A DNA stretch of 64,000 nt, taken from NCBI GenBank assembly GCA_944380975.1, contig CALWJK010000002.1:37766-101765 (forward strand). Direction: 5' to 3'. Made by a program: the position numbers and the translations under genes. Shown in pieces: positions 24,336-34,214 of the stretch. Under the pieces are notes generated by a model. That model did not search any database and was not told the origin of the DNA. It worked only from the letters and a program-made list of their open reading frames with translations. Origin of the DNA: an uncultured Agathobaculum sp. (GTDB lineage Bacteria > Bacillota > Clostridia > Oscillospirales > Butyricicoccaceae). How positions within the stretch are numbered: the stretch's first letter is position 1; every line of letters begins with the position of its first letter.

Positions 24336-25412
24336 TTAAGGCGTATTGGCTGTCTTGACTGCGGTTTCGCCTTCGGTGGGCAGATCTTCTGGCATATCCT
24401 CTGGGAATTCGATCTCCTCGACCTCGTCCGAGGTATCGCCTACCTGACGATACAATGTGGTACAATCAGAAGAAATGAAGTAGGTGCCCATCAGGGAGTT
24501 GGTTCCAACCGAGTTCTTTCCGTATACGTACACTGTCAGACACGCCTTGCCGTCGACCATGACAAAACCGGGGCCGGGCTTGAGGCTGTATTCCGACATA
24601 GATTCGCCAGGCAGCCCAATCTCAGCCGGTGTGACAGTACTCATCATCGCTTTGGCGCCGGAGAACGAAAGGAATGTACCGGCTTCCTGAAGGGAAGTGA
24701 CGAAGTCCTCGCCTGCAATCTTGTCCAGCGTAATCAGGCAGCTGGTGGGCGTCCAGTCGATGCGCACACGGAATTGCATTTGCGTATCGTATTCATAATC
24801 GGAATAAGGGAGAAGCGTGGATTCTGCAGAGGAGTCCTCTTCACCCTCTCCTTCTTCCGTATCTTCGCTCTCTGCATCTGTTTCCGTCGAGGCGGTTGCT
24901 GTGGCCTTGGTTTGCGGCGCGCCGTTGCTGTCGGTCGCCACAGCCTGCCGAATCAGAGTAACCGAACCTGCGTTGCTATCAAAGGACGGTTCATCTTTGC
25001 CCTCAGTGTGAAGGGAGATATCATCGCCTTCCAAAAGCTCAACATAAGATTTGGCAATGGACGCGGGCTTGCCTTCTGTGAATTGCTGATAATCGTAAGA
25101 AAGATAATTTTGTACTTCCTCGGTGCCAGTGGTTTGATCGGCATCGGTTTCATCCGTGGCATCCTGCTCATCGGTCTCTTCCGATGTTCCTTCTTCTCCG
25201 TTCTCTCCTGATGCATTCGGGCTAAGCGTCGCCACCAGACGTCCGCCGGTATCATCGTTGAGAAACTGTTCAATAGAAGGAATGGTATCGCCTTCAAACG
25301 TATAGTAAGCGAGAGATTCATCGCCCGACTCGCCTTTGTCGCCGCAGCCAGTCAGCAGCGTGCACAGGATCAGGCAAAACAATAACCCTTGTTTTTTCAT
25401 TCGCTTCATCAA
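24336..25412 (-). CDS. Highly acidic lipoprotein of unknown function
   Basis: Signal peptide with lipobox LLTGC (MMKRMKKQGLLFCLILCTLLTGCG). Contains D/E/T-rich low-complexity segments. No recognisable domain. Confidence 0.6.
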   Translation of the reverse strand: MMKRMKKQGLLFCLILCTLLTGCGDKGESGDESLAYYTFEGDTIPSIEQFLNDDTGGRLVATLSPNASGENGEEGTSEETDEQDATDETDADQTTGTEEVQNYLSYDYQQFTEGKPASIAKSYVELLEGDDISLHTEGKDEPSFDSNAGSVTLIRQAVATDSNGAPQTKATATASTETDAESEDTEEGEGEEDSSAESTLLPYSDYEYDTQMQFRVRIDWTPTSCLITLDKIAGEDFVTSLQEAGTFLSFSGAKAMMSTVTPAEIGLPGESMSEYSLKPGPGFVMVDGKACLTVYVYGKNSVGTNSLMGTYFISSDCTTLYRQVGDTSDEVEEIEFPEDMPEDLPTEGETAVKTANTP

Positions 25413-25443
25413 ATCTCCTTTGGACTAGTTTTTTATAGTAATA

Positions 25444-25472
25444 ATAGTACATGTTTTTGCATGGAAACGCAA
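25444..25472 (-). promoter_or_regulatory. Candidate sigma-A promoter for lipoprotein gene
   Basis: On the - strand: TTGCGT-N17-TACTAT. Confidence 0.35.
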
Positions 25473-25550
25473 GGGAAAACCTGTAAAAAAACCTCATATT
25501 GAGAAAAAGGCAGGGATAAAGAAAAAATAAGGAAAAATCGAAAACGGTCG

Positions 25551-25577
25551 TTAATTAAAACCAGATTTTGACGATAT
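25551..25577 (+). promoter_or_regulatory. Candidate sigma-28 promoter of dCache MCP gene
   Basis: TTAA (25551-25554)-N15-GACGATAT (25570-25577). Confidence 0.5.
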
Positions 25578-25625
25578 ATGAAATATCATGCTTTTAAAGT
25601 TAAGTCAAAAAAGGATGGGTATGAA

Positions 25626-27599
25626 ATGAAAAGTGTGAAAGGAAAAATATTACTTGGCATGGTTGCCACAATAGTAATAGGCATGTTGGTTGTTGGTATT
25701 GTCAGTATAGTGCTGAGTCTGCAAAGCTCGCATTCACTGTTGAAGACTGCTATGCAGGGAACGGCAGACATCGCGGCGGGCCGTGTGCAATATGAATTGA
25801 CTTCTTATATTCAGATTGCTACTGCGGCAGGACAGAACCAGGTCTTGGGCAGTGATGAAGTTCCTCTGGATGAAAAGGAGGAGTACATCAATCAATTAGC
25901 GACGAACAATAATATGACGCGCGGCAATCTGCTTGATTTGGATGGCAACAGCTATTTTGACGGAAACAACTATTCGGATCGTGAGTATTTCCAGCGGGCT
26001 GTGGCTGGTGAAAGTTTTGTTTCGACGCCGACGTTGAGCAAGGTGACAGGCGAGCTTTCTATTTTGGTTGCGGCTCCGGTGTATCGAGATGGTGACGGAA
26101 GAAACGATATTGTAGGCGTTGTGTACTTCGTTCCGGAAGAAACTTTCCTCAATAATATTATGACGTCTATTGATGTCAGCCAAAACAGCGAAGCGTTTAT
26201 GTTGGATAAGACCGGTACTACCATTGCAGATATTACGATGGATACAGTCGCAAGACAGAATATTGAAGAAGAGGCTCAGTCGGATTCTTCATTAAAGCAG
26301 TTGGCTATTTACGCGGCTGATATGCGGGCAGGCAATAGCGGTGTAGGTAAATATAAGATCAATGGTACTACAAAATTATTGGCATATGCACCTATTAGTG
26401 ATACGGATGGATGGAGCATAGGTGTTGCGGCTCCGGAAAGTGATTTCATGGGTGCGGTTTACCGTGCAGCTATCATCATTTGTATTTTGATCGTTGTAGT
26501 TGTTTTGATTGGCGTATTTGTTGCGATTCGTATGGCAACTTCGATCGGCAGACCGATTCAGCTTTGCGCAGATCGTATTCACAAGCTGAGCGAAGGTGAT
26601 CTGAGTTCTCCGGTTCCGGAAATTAAAACCAAGGATGAAACCGGCAGATTGGCGCAACAGACTGTTATCATCGTCAAGAGTTTGCAGGACTTGATTGGCG
26701 ACATTGGTTATCTGCTTGGCGAAATGGCGCGTGGCAATTTCAATGTTCGTTCCCGTGATTACAACTATTACATTGGCGATTACGAGCAGTTATTGTTGCA
26801 TGTGCGCGGTATCAATAAGGAATTGAGCAATACGCTGGCGCAGATCAATACTGCATCGGCACAGGTCTCTGCGGGTGCAGAGCAAGTTTCCTCTGGTGCG
26901 CAGTCGTTGGCGCAGGGCGCAACGGAACAGGCGAGTGCGGTTCAGGAGCTTTCGGCGACGATCAACGATATTTCGACGGATAGCCAGCGGACAGCTCAGC
27001 TTGCACTTCAGGCAAAAACGGCAGCAGATAATGCGGGTGAGGAGCTGCAAACAAGCAGTGAATATATTGCAACACTTGGCAATGCTATGAGCAATATTTC
27101 CGAATCTTCGCAGGAAATCAGCAAGATCATTTCGACGATTGAGAATATTGCATTCCAGACCAATATTCTGGCACTCAATGCAGCAGTAGAGGCGGCACGT
27201 GCAGGCACTGCGGGCAAGGGTTTTGCAGTTGTTGCGGATGAGGTTCGCAATCTGGCGCATAAGTCGGATCAGGCAGCTAAGGCTACGAAGGATCTGATTG
27301 AGAAATCTATCAACGCGGTTAATGAAGGCGTTGACATGATGCAGAAGGTAAGCGAAGCCGTTGGCAGCGTAATGGAATCGGCTGGTGTGGCAGTATCCGG
27401 TATGGATGAGGTTGCGGATGCGGTTCAGCGTGAAACTGACTCGATTGTCCAGATCACGCAAGGTATTGACCAGATCTCCAGCGTTGTACAGACCAATTCC
27501 GCGACTGCGGAAGAGTCTGCGGCAGCAAGTGAAGAACTTTCCGGTCAGTCTGAGATGCTCAAAAACCTGATCGCTGGCTTCCAGCTGCGGCAGGAATAA
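25626..27599 (+). CDS. Methyl-accepting chemotaxis protein with dCache-like periplasmic sensor and HAMP
   Basis: TM1, a ~250-aa extracytoplasmic region, TM2, HAMP, and the signalling hairpin [39 protein letters not shown]. The track ATG at 25578 abuts the predicted -10 element, so ATG 25626 is preferred. Confidence 0.9.
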   Translation: MKSVKGKILLGMVATIVIGMLVVGIVSIVLSLQSSHSLLKTAMQGTADIAAGRVQYELTSYIQIATAAGQNQVLGSDEVPLDEKEEYINQLATNNNMTRGNLLDLDGNSYFDGNNYSDREYFQRAVAGESFVSTPTLSKVTGELSILVAAPVYRDGDGRNDIVGVVYFVPEETFLNNIMTSIDVSQNSEAFMLDKTGTTIADITMDTVARQNIEEEAQSDSSLKQLAIYAADMRAGNSGVGKYKINGTTKLLAYAPISDTDGWSIGVAAPESDFMGAVYRAAIIICILIVVVVLIGVFVAIRMATSIGRPIQLCADRIHKLSEGDLSSPVPEIKTKDETGRLAQQTVIIVKSLQDLIGDIGYLLGEMARGNFNVRSRDYNYYIGDYEQLLLHVRGINKELSNTLAQINTASAQVSAGAEQVSSGAQSLAQGATEQASAVQELSATINDISTDSQRTAQLALQAKTAADNAGEELQTSSEYIATLGNAMSNISESSQEISKIISTIENIAFQTNILALNAAVEAARAGTAGKGFAVVADEVRNLAHKSDQAAKATKDLIEKSINAVNEGVDMMQKVSEAVGSVMESAGVAVSGMDEVADAVQRETDSIVQITQGIDQISSVVQTNSATAEESAAASEELSGQSEMLKNLIAGFQLRQE

Positions 27600-27612
27600 T
27601 AGTATAAGTACA

Positions 27613-27650
27613 AACAAGCTCCCGTCGATTTAGACGGGGCTTGTTTTTTT
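27613..27650 (+). terminator. Terminator after MCP gene
   Basis: Stem AACAAGC(T)CCCGTC / GACGGGGCTTGTT followed by a T-run. Confidence 0.8.
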
Positions 27651-27653
27651 GCC

Positions 27654-27680
27654 TTATTTTTCTGTCGCTCTGGACGATAT
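27654..27680 (+). promoter_or_regulatory. Candidate sigma-28 promoter of SLH surface protein gene
   Basis: TTAT (27654-27657)-N15-GACGATAT (27673-27680). Confidence 0.5.
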
Positions 27681-27713
27681 AATTTATATGGATTCTAAGA
27701 GGATAGGAAGGAG

Positions 27714-29963
27714 ATGGCGTTTCAGATGAAACAGGCATGGAGAAGATTGATAGCGCTGGTTTTATCGGCGCTTGTTTTGGTTCCTCCCGCGGCGTTGGCA
27801 GGCGATGAGGGAGAAGACCTAACGAATGGTGTTGCTGTCAAATTTACACAAAAGTCATCATTTACTGTGGATCCGGCAGATGAATCCGTTTTCGTTGGAG
27901 CCAATGACACGCAGGATTTCAAAATTACTTTGGACGAAGGACGAAGGCTGGATAAGGTTACGTTTGAAGTGGCGACCAGTGCTATGCCAGACAAGAAAGA
28001 ATCTGTTGAATTGGATAGTACTCATCTGGAGGGGACCGCAAAAGGCGTTTCTATTAAAATGAATGCATGGCCGGAGCGGTCGCGTAACTTCACACTGACT
28101 GTCTCTACTAATGCATTGTCTGGATTGTTTGATGCCAGCATCAACTGCCAAAGCACTTCCGAAGGATATAACGTGCGCATTCACGAGGAATCCGGGAATG
28201 CGAAAGTGAACGGAAATGAAGATGGTGAAGTCAATCGCGGCAAAGAGGTTTCACTGAGCGTTGTTCCGGAGGACGGATATCGTCTTAAAAGTCTAATAAT
28301 AAAATACGGTACGGTAACAGAGACTCTGACGGCGGGCAATACCAATTGGAATGGTCTGAATGTGAAATGGAACGCTGAAGAGGAAAGTACAGTTTCAGGA
28401 GAACTGTATGCCGATCTGGATGTAGAAGCTGTTGTGGAAGAAATCCCCATCGTCTATGAACTGACGGTAGATGTGGATGATGGCTTGGAGTTGGAGAGGC
28501 CGAGCAGCCGTGTGACCAGTGTCGGGCAAGGTGAAACTTGCGAAGTGCGAGTCAGTACGCGTCCGGGCTATATCATCAGTGATTTCACTGTTCAGTATGG
28601 AAAAAGCTATGCGAGCTGGGCAACAGGACAGACTTTTCTGGTAATGGGTAATGACAGAGTACAGGTTCGCGAAAAATCCGGCGAGGTCTGGTTTATTCTT
28701 CCGGAAATGTACTCGGATACCAATATATATTTTACGTCGGATTATGATCCGGATAATATTCCGATCGAGATCGATGAGGGCACACGCATTAACATTGATA
28801 CCAACTGCGGTGAAACGGTAGCGCGTGGTGATGATGTGGAGTTTTATATCAGCACCACTTCTGACCGATACTCTGTCAAAAAAATTACGCTTACCATTGG
28901 TGATAGCTCGGGTTCTGCCGAGCCGGAGGATGGCGAAATCCGCGTAGGCAACAAGAATTACGAGATTGAGGATTTGGGTGACGGAGAATATGCGGTATAC
29001 GTGGATAATGTCACGGAACCGGTGACAATATATGCAACTTCGTCAGGATCGAGTTCGGTTTCTAGACCATATCTTACCATTAATTCTTCCAGCCATATGA
29101 AGATCACCAAGAGTGTTTCTTCCAGTAGAATTGATGCAGGGGATGATGTAACATTCTACTTTACGCCGGATACGAATTATCAAATTGACGAAATCACAGT
29201 AAAAATCGGCAGCAATAGCCGAACAGTTGGGGCAGAAAAAACCTCAATCCGTGTCGGCAGCACGACCTATCAGATGAGCCGCAACTCAAATGGTGTGGTT
29301 TCCGTTTATTTGACGGATATTGATGAGAACGTGACGGTTTCGGGACGGGCGTATTATTCTAAGGATCCGGTTACACCGACCAATACAATACGGTTGAATA
29401 CGTCCAGCCGCAGCGCATTTATGAACGGCTATTCTGATGGTACATTTCGACCGGAAAACTATATGACACGCGCGGAAGCGGTGGTCATGTTGTATCGCTT
29501 GAGCACAGTCAATGTCGAAAATGACTCATCGCAAAGTGTGTATCAGGATGTGCCATGGGGCATGTGGTGCGCACAGGAAGTCAACGCTTTTGCAAATGCA
29601 GGAATTATTGACCGAACCACATATTTTTATCCAGATCAATATATTACACGTGCTGAACTGACGGAGATGCTTTATCGTTTGTCCGGATCTCCGAGCGTGA
29701 GCAGTAGTACTGCGACGCGTTTCAGCGATATCAGCGGAACATCGAGCAGCGATGCAATCCGTTATGCATCATCCGCAGGGTGGATCAACGGCTATTCTGA
29801 TGGAACTTTCCGGCCTTATGCGTACATTGTGCGCAGTGAGGTTGCGACCATGATGACCCGGGTGCTGAACCGGACAACGGGCGGCGGTGGCGTTTACTAT
29901 AAGGACGTGCCCTACTCATATTGGGCATATCGTTATATTCAGCTTGCATCTTCTTATGTATAG
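27714..29963 (+). CDS. Secreted multi-repeat surface protein with three C-terminal SLH domains
   Basis: Signal peptide LIALVLSALVLVPPAALAG. At least four repeats of a ~90-aa module ending in ...GY(R/I)...(I/T)...G, of B-repeat type. SLH motifs: FMNGYSDGTFRPENYMTRAEAVVMLYRL, FYPDQYITRAELTEMLYRL and INGYSDGTFRPYAYIVRSEVATMMTRVL. Confidence 0.85.
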   Translation: MAFQMKQAWRRLIALVLSALVLVPPAALAGDEGEDLTNGVAVKFTQKSSFTVDPADESVFVGANDTQDFKITLDEGRRLDKVTFEVATSAMPDKKESVELDSTHLEGTAKGVSIKMNAWPERSRNFTLTVSTNALSGLFDASINCQSTSEGYNVRIHEESGNAKVNGNEDGEVNRGKEVSLSVVPEDGYRLKSLIIKYGTVTETLTAGNTNWNGLNVKWNAEEESTVSGELYADLDVEAVVEEIPIVYELTVDVDDGLELERPSSRVTSVGQGETCEVRVSTRPGYIISDFTVQYGKSYASWATGQTFLVMGNDRVQVREKSGEVWFILPEMYSDTNIYFTSDYDPDNIPIEIDEGTRINIDTNCGETVARGDDVEFYISTTSDRYSVKKITLTIGDSSGSAEPEDGEIRVGNKNYEIEDLGDGEYAVYVDNVTEPVTIYATSSGSSSVSRPYLTINSSSHMKITKSVSSSRIDAGDDVTFYFTPDTNYQIDEITVKIGSNSRTVGAEKTSIRVGSTTYQMSRNSNGVVSVYLTDIDENVTVSGRAYYSKDPVTPTNTIRLNTSSRSAFMNGYSDGTFRPENYMTRAEAVVMLYRLSTVNVENDSSQSVYQDVPWGMWCAQEVNAFANAGIIDRTTYFYPDQYITRAELTEMLYRLSGSPSVSSSTATRFSDISGTSSSDAIRYASSAGWINGYSDGTFRPYAYIVRSEVATMMTRVLNRTTGGGGVYYKDVPYSYWAYRYIQLASSYV

Positions 29964-29968
29964 TGCAA

Positions 29969-30001
29969 GAGCGGGTTCGGTGAAAGCCGGACCCGCTTTT
30001 T
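29969..30001 (+). terminator. Terminator after SLH protein gene
   Basis: 10-bp stem GCGGGTTCGG / CCGGACCCGC followed by a T-run. Confidence 0.75.
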
Positions 30002-30047
30002 CTCCCGCAGGGAATCAAGGAATGTTGGGAAAGCAATATTTTCCACA

Positions 30048-30075
30048 TTGAAAAAACCCGTATACTTCATACAAT
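30048..30075 (+). promoter_or_regulatory. Distal sigma-A-like promoter upstream of flgB
   Basis: TTGAAA-N16-TACAAT. Confidence 0.35.
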
Positions 30076-30242
30076 TTACAAAATTGATGAATCATATGCT
30101 GTTTTTGTAATTCAAAATTTCAAAATACAATTAAATTGCTCGGAATAGCATATGTTAAATGCTCAAAATGATAGGAAAAGGTGCAAAATTGCTTTTATTG
30201 TGAAAAATGCCGAGTAGGGCTATAAAAATATGTCGAAAGTGA

Positions 30243-30271
30243 TTGAAAAAATCAACAAATTATAGTACAAT
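30243..30271 (+). promoter_or_regulatory. Proximal sigma-A-like promoter of the flgB operon
   Basis: TTGAAA (30243-30248)-N17-TACAAT (30266-30271), 53 nt upstream of the flgB ATG. Confidence 0.55.
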
Positions 30272-30324
30272 ATAAAAAAATCTTTAGGTTGCGCAAATTG
30301 CGCTGATACGGGAGGTCCGATTAT

Positions 30325-30708
30325 ATGAATTCAATAACTAGTAACTCGCTTCTGATGATGGAGCGCTCCATGGACTTCTTGTGGACCAAGCAGACGGCGA
30401 TTTTAGATAATCTCGCTAATGTGGAGACACCAAACTATAAAACCAAATATGTCACCTTTGAAGAGACATTCCGGTCGCGCTTGCAGGCGGCGGCGAATGG
30501 CAATGCATCTGATATGCGGGATGCGTTGGAAAATGCACAGGCTACGGTGCATGTTGCGGACAACGAAACCGCCCGTATGGATGGAAATGGTGTGGATGCG
30601 ACAGAGCAGAGCATCGAACTGGCCAGAAACGCTTTACAGCAGCAGCACGTAATGAATGCGATTTCTACGGATCTTTCGCTGATTCGTGCCGCAATTCGTG
30701 GACAATAA
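30325..30708 (+). CDS. flgB: Flagellar basal-body rod protein FlgB
   Basis: 127 aa. Rod motif LDNLANVETPNYK. First gene of the operon. Confidence 0.92.
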   Translation: MNSITSNSLLMMERSMDFLWTKQTAILDNLANVETPNYKTKYVTFEETFRSRLQAAANGNASDMRDALENAQATVHVADNETARMDGNGVDATEQSIELARNALQQQHVMNAISTDLSLIRAAIRGQ

Positions 30709-30726
30709 GGGAAGGAGTAAAAGGTC

Positions 30727-31194
30727 ATGGCATTCTTAAGTTCAATGAACATTACCGGTTCTGCGCTGACAGCGCAGCAGCTGCGGTTAGATGTTATTTC
30801 GGAAAATGTTGCAAACATCAATACCACACGTGTTGAGGGTGGAGAAGGCCCTTATCAACGTAAGATGGTGGTTATGGAAGCCGACGGAGGTCGGAATACA
30901 TTTCGTGAGGTGCTCGCTCAAGCGGCGGGTAATGTTCCCGCGGAAACATATAATTTGTCACAAGCGGGCGGTGTCCGCGTCACGCAGATCGTGGAGGATA
31001 CCAGCCCGTTTAAGTTGCAATATGACCCGACACATCCGGATGCGAATGCAGAGGGATATGTTGAAATGCCCAATGTGGATTTGGTCAAGGAAGTGACAGA
31101 TGCCATGGCGGCTACGCAGGCCTATTCGGCAAATGTTACAGCGTTCAATACCTTGAAAACGGTTGCCACGCGGGCACTTGATATCGGTAGATAA
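30727..31194 (+). CDS. flgC: Flagellar basal-body rod protein FlgC
   Basis: SALTAQQLRLDVISENVANINTTR and the C-terminal EMPNVDLVKEVTDAMAATQAYSANV. Confidence 0.95.
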   Translation: MAFLSSMNITGSALTAQQLRLDVISENVANINTTRVEGGEGPYQRKMVVMEADGGRNTFREVLAQAAGNVPAETYNLSQAGGVRVTQIVEDTSPFKLQYDPTHPDANAEGYVEMPNVDLVKEVTDAMAATQAYSANVTAFNTLKTVATRALDIGR

Positions 31195-31221
31195 CTGTAA
31201 ATAAATAAGGAGGCAAAGAAC

Positions 31222-31536
31222 ATGGTGACAATTGGTTCGATACAGCCTTTGTGGGATACGATTTCTCTGGATAAAACGAACACAAAAGAGAATACCGCTT
31301 CTTCGCAGAATGGCTTTCCGGTGTTTGCGGATGTATTTCAGAATGCGATCAATAACGTAAAGCAAACAGATGCAGAGTACAGCGAGGCGCAGTACTTGTT
31401 GGCGACAGGTCAGCTGGACAATCCGGCTGTAGCTACCATTGCTGGCACGAAAGCGACGCTTTCTGTTCAGTTGCTCGCGGAATTGAGAAATAAAGCACTG
31501 GATGCCTATAGCGAAATTTCACGCATGAGCATTTAA
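31222..31536 (+). CDS. fliE: Flagellar hook-basal body protein FliE
   Basis: 104 aa with C-terminal ...KATLSVQLLAELRNKALDAYSEISRMSI. Sits between flgC and fliF. Confidence 0.9.
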   Translation: MVTIGSIQPLWDTISLDKTNTKENTASSQNGFPVFADVFQNAINNVKQTDAEYSEAQYLLATGQLDNPAVATIAGTKATLSVQLLAELRNKALDAYSEISRMSI

Positions 31537-31594
31537 TCGTGCAACTGCGAACCCTCTGAAATGAGGGAAACTCTGGGACGAGGCGGAGAAGATT

Positions 31595-33214
31595 GTGAAA
31601 GAGAAATTTCAGAGCGGCCTGAAAAAAGTCAAAGACTTATATGCTGGGGAAAACAAATCCAAGTATATCAAAATTACCGCGGTCGCATTGATCGTGGTTA
31701 TTGCTGTTGCTGTTATCCTGGCATTGGTTTTGAATAATCAGCCGTATGAAACACTGGTCACGGGGCTCACGACCGACGAAGCTTCAGCGATTGTGGGCAA
31801 GCTGGACGAGTATGGTGCGACGGACTATAAAATAGAGGGCGACACAATCAAGGTGCCGCAGGATCAGGTGACCAACCTGCAAGCCAAGCTGCTGGTAGAC
31901 GGTTATCCTAAGAGTGGCTTCCTGTACGGTACATATTTGGATAACGTCGGCATGATGTCGAGCGAATCCGATCGGGAAACCCTGAAGAACTACGAGCTGC
32001 AGGATCGCATGGCTGCGGTTATCCGTAATTTCTCGGGCGTCAAAAACGCGGTCGTGGATATCACCCCCGGTTCGGACCAGCGCTATGTGCTGGACAGCGA
32101 TAACGCAACGCCTGCAACTGCGGCGGTATTTGTCGAGATGCAGGACGGCGGTGCGCTGCCGGACAGCTATGTGGATGCGATCGGCAACTTTGTTGCGCAC
32201 AGTGTGCAGGGGTTGGATTTCGAAAGCGTAACGATCACAGACTCCATTGGCAACAGCTATACCCCCGGCAGCACGGATACTTCGACGGCGTCCGCGTCGG
32301 ATCTGAAGCTGCGTTTGGAGAATCAGGTCAACAACCGTGTCCGTAATGAAGTGTTGCAGGCGCTTAGCCCGATTTATGGCGCGGATAATGTACGGGTCAG
32401 CGTGACCAGTACAGTGGATGTCAGCCACCGCGTACAGGAGACGACCGAATATACCACACCGGAAGGTGCGCCGGATGGCGAAGGCATCATCGGCCACCGG
32501 GAATATGATCAGGAACTGATACGCGGCGAGGACACCGAAAATGGCGGTGTTGTTGGTACAACGACCAATGCCGATATTCCGACTTACATGGAGTCGCAGA
32601 ATGCCGTAAACGGTGATGAGCAGTATCTGAAAAACAGCGGTACGGAGGATATGCATGTCAATACCTCGACGCAGCAGAGTGAGCAGAACTTTGGTGTGGT
32701 AACCGATGTGATGATTGCGGTCACCATCAATCAGGACACAGCCGGCAATGTTGGCACGGCGCAGCTCATCAGTCACATCGCGCGCGCGGCCGGTATTTCT
32801 ACCGATCAGCAAGCGGACAAGATCAATGTGCTGGTAGCACCGTTTTACAATCCGGATGCGGAGAACGCGACGACCACGCCGCTCCTGCCGGGTCTGCAGA
32901 TTCATAAGTGGGCGCTGTATGTCGGCGCAGGCGTATTTGGACTGCTGTTGCTGCTCATTGTTCTGCTGGTCATCCGTTCCAAGCGCCGCAAGAAGGCAGA
33001 GGAATTGCTGCTTGCTCAGCAGGCTGAGGAGCTTGCAGCGCAAGAGGCGCTGGCTGCTGAGGAGAGCAAGGAGCAGATTGATAATGTTCTGGAGATCAAG
33101 AACGAAAAGAGTATGGAACTGAAGCAGGAGATCCGCAAGTTTACGGAGGAGAATCCGGAAATTGCGGCTCAGATGATCCGTACATGGCTCAGAGGGGAGG
33201 GTGCAAATGGCTGA
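31595..33214 (+). CDS. fliF: Flagellar MS-ring protein FliF
   Basis: 539 aa. N-terminal TM, YscJ/FliF-type domain, second TM (ALYVGAGVFGLLLLLIVLLVI) and a C-terminal FliG-binding tail. GTG start after GGCGGAG. Confidence 0.93.
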   Translation: MKEKFQSGLKKVKDLYAGENKSKYIKITAVALIVVIAVAVILALVLNNQPYETLVTGLTTDEASAIVGKLDEYGATDYKIEGDTIKVPQDQVTNLQAKLLVDGYPKSGFLYGTYLDNVGMMSSESDRETLKNYELQDRMAAVIRNFSGVKNAVVDITPGSDQRYVLDSDNATPATAAVFVEMQDGGALPDSYVDAIGNFVAHSVQGLDFESVTITDSIGNSYTPGSTDTSTASASDLKLRLENQVNNRVRNEVLQALSPIYGADNVRVSVTSTVDVSHRVQETTEYTTPEGAPDGEGIIGHREYDQELIRGEDTENGGVVGTTTNADIPTYMESQNAVNGDEQYLKNSGTEDMHVNTSTQQSEQNFGVVTDVMIAVTINQDTAGNVGTAQLISHIARAAGISTDQQADKINVLVAPFYNPDAENATTTPLLPGLQIHKWALYVGAGVFGLLLLLIVLLVIRSKRRKKAEELLLAQQAEELAAQEALAAEESKEQIDNVLEIKNEKSMELKQEIRKFTEENPEIAAQMIRTWLRGEGANG

Positions 33215-34214
33215 GCAGGAGTTGACGCCCGCACAAAAAGCGGCAACCGTGATCGTTGCCATTGGCACGGAAAAAGCATCCCGGATTTATCAGTACATGA
33301 ATTCGGATGAGCTTGAGCAGCTGACTATCGAGGTTGCAAAGCTCGGTTATATTGATCCGGAACAGACGGAGCAGGTGCTGGAAGATTTCTATCAGATGTG
33401 CCTGACCAACAAGGCCATTACCGAGGGCGGCATGGAATATGCCCGTTCGGTACTGCAAAAGGCATTTGGCGATCAGGCGGCCGAGCAGCTGCTGAGCAAG
33501 GTGACCAAGGCACTGAGCAACCGTTCGTTCTCGTTCCTCAACAAGACGGACGCAAAGACATTGCTTTCTACATTGCAGCATGAACGTGCGCAGACCATTG
33601 CGCTCGTGCTGTCGTATGTCGATCCTGATAAGGCGGCGGCGGTTCTGGAAGAGTTGCCGCCCAAGAAGAAGCTGCGCGTGGTAAAGAGCATCGCGCGTAT
33701 GGAGAGCGCATCGCCGACGGCGGTCAAGATGATCGAGGACGAACTGCAGAAGAAGTTCTCCAGCCTTATTGTCACGGAGAACGTGCAGATCGGCGGTCTG
33801 GATCATATTGCTGCGATCATGAACAATTTGGAGCGTTCGAGCGAAAAGGCTATTTTCGACGGCTTGGAAGAAAACGACGATACGCTGGCCGAGGAAATCC
33901 GCAAGCGTATGTTCGTGTTCGAGGATATCGTACATATGGACGACCGTTCGGTACAGCGTTTTGTCCGCGATTGCGATATGCGCGATATTGTTCTGGCGCT
34001 CAAGGGCGCCAACAAGGATGTCGCCAACAAGCTGTTTACCAACATGTCTACCCGTATGCGTCAGAATATCGAGGAAGACCTCGAAATTACGACCAATGTG
34101 CGTATTCGTGACGTGGAAGAGGCACAGCAGCGTATTGTTGGTATCATTCGTGATTTGGAAGAGCGCAATGAAATCATTATTCTGAAGGGCGGAAAGGATG
34201 AGATCATTGCCTAG
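33207..34214 (+). CDS. fliG: Flagellar motor switch protein FliG
   Basis: LTPAQKAATVIVAIGTEKASRIYQYMNSDELEQLT and RKRMFVFEDI motifs. ATG 33207 lies 8 nt after GGAGGG. Confidence 0.95.
   Translation: MAEQELTPAQKAATVIVAIGTEKASRIYQYMNSDELEQLTIEVAKLGYIDPEQTEQVLEDFYQMCLTNKAITEGGMEYARSVLQKAFGDQAAEQLLSKVTKALSNRSFSFLNKTDAKTLLSTLQHERAQTIALVLSYVDPDKAAAVLEELPPKKKLRVVKSIARMESASPTAVKMIEDELQKKFSSLIVTENVQIGGLDHIAAIMNNLERSSEKAIFDGLEENDDTLAEEIRKRMFVFEDIVHMDDRSVQRFVRDCDMRDIVLALKGANKDVANKLFTNMSTRMRQNIEEDLEITTNVRIRDVEEAQQRIVGIIRDLEERNEIIILKGGKDEIIA

Noticed and set aside
25578-25625. Upstream ATG (25578) as the start of the dCache MCP.
   Set aside because: It directly abuts the predicted -10 box (25570-25577), so it would lie upstream of the transcription start. 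ATG 25626 gives a normal [11 protein letters not shown]... N terminus and TM segment.
30001-30324. Possible c-di-GMP riboswitch or invertible flagellar switch upstream of flgB, as in C. difficile.
   Set aside because: I found no GEMM-like conserved segments such as ACGCAAAGC or GGCAAACC. The only inverted repeat is 8 bp (CATATGCT 30093-30100 / AGCATATG 30147-30154), far shorter than known switch repeats, and there is no recombinase nearby.
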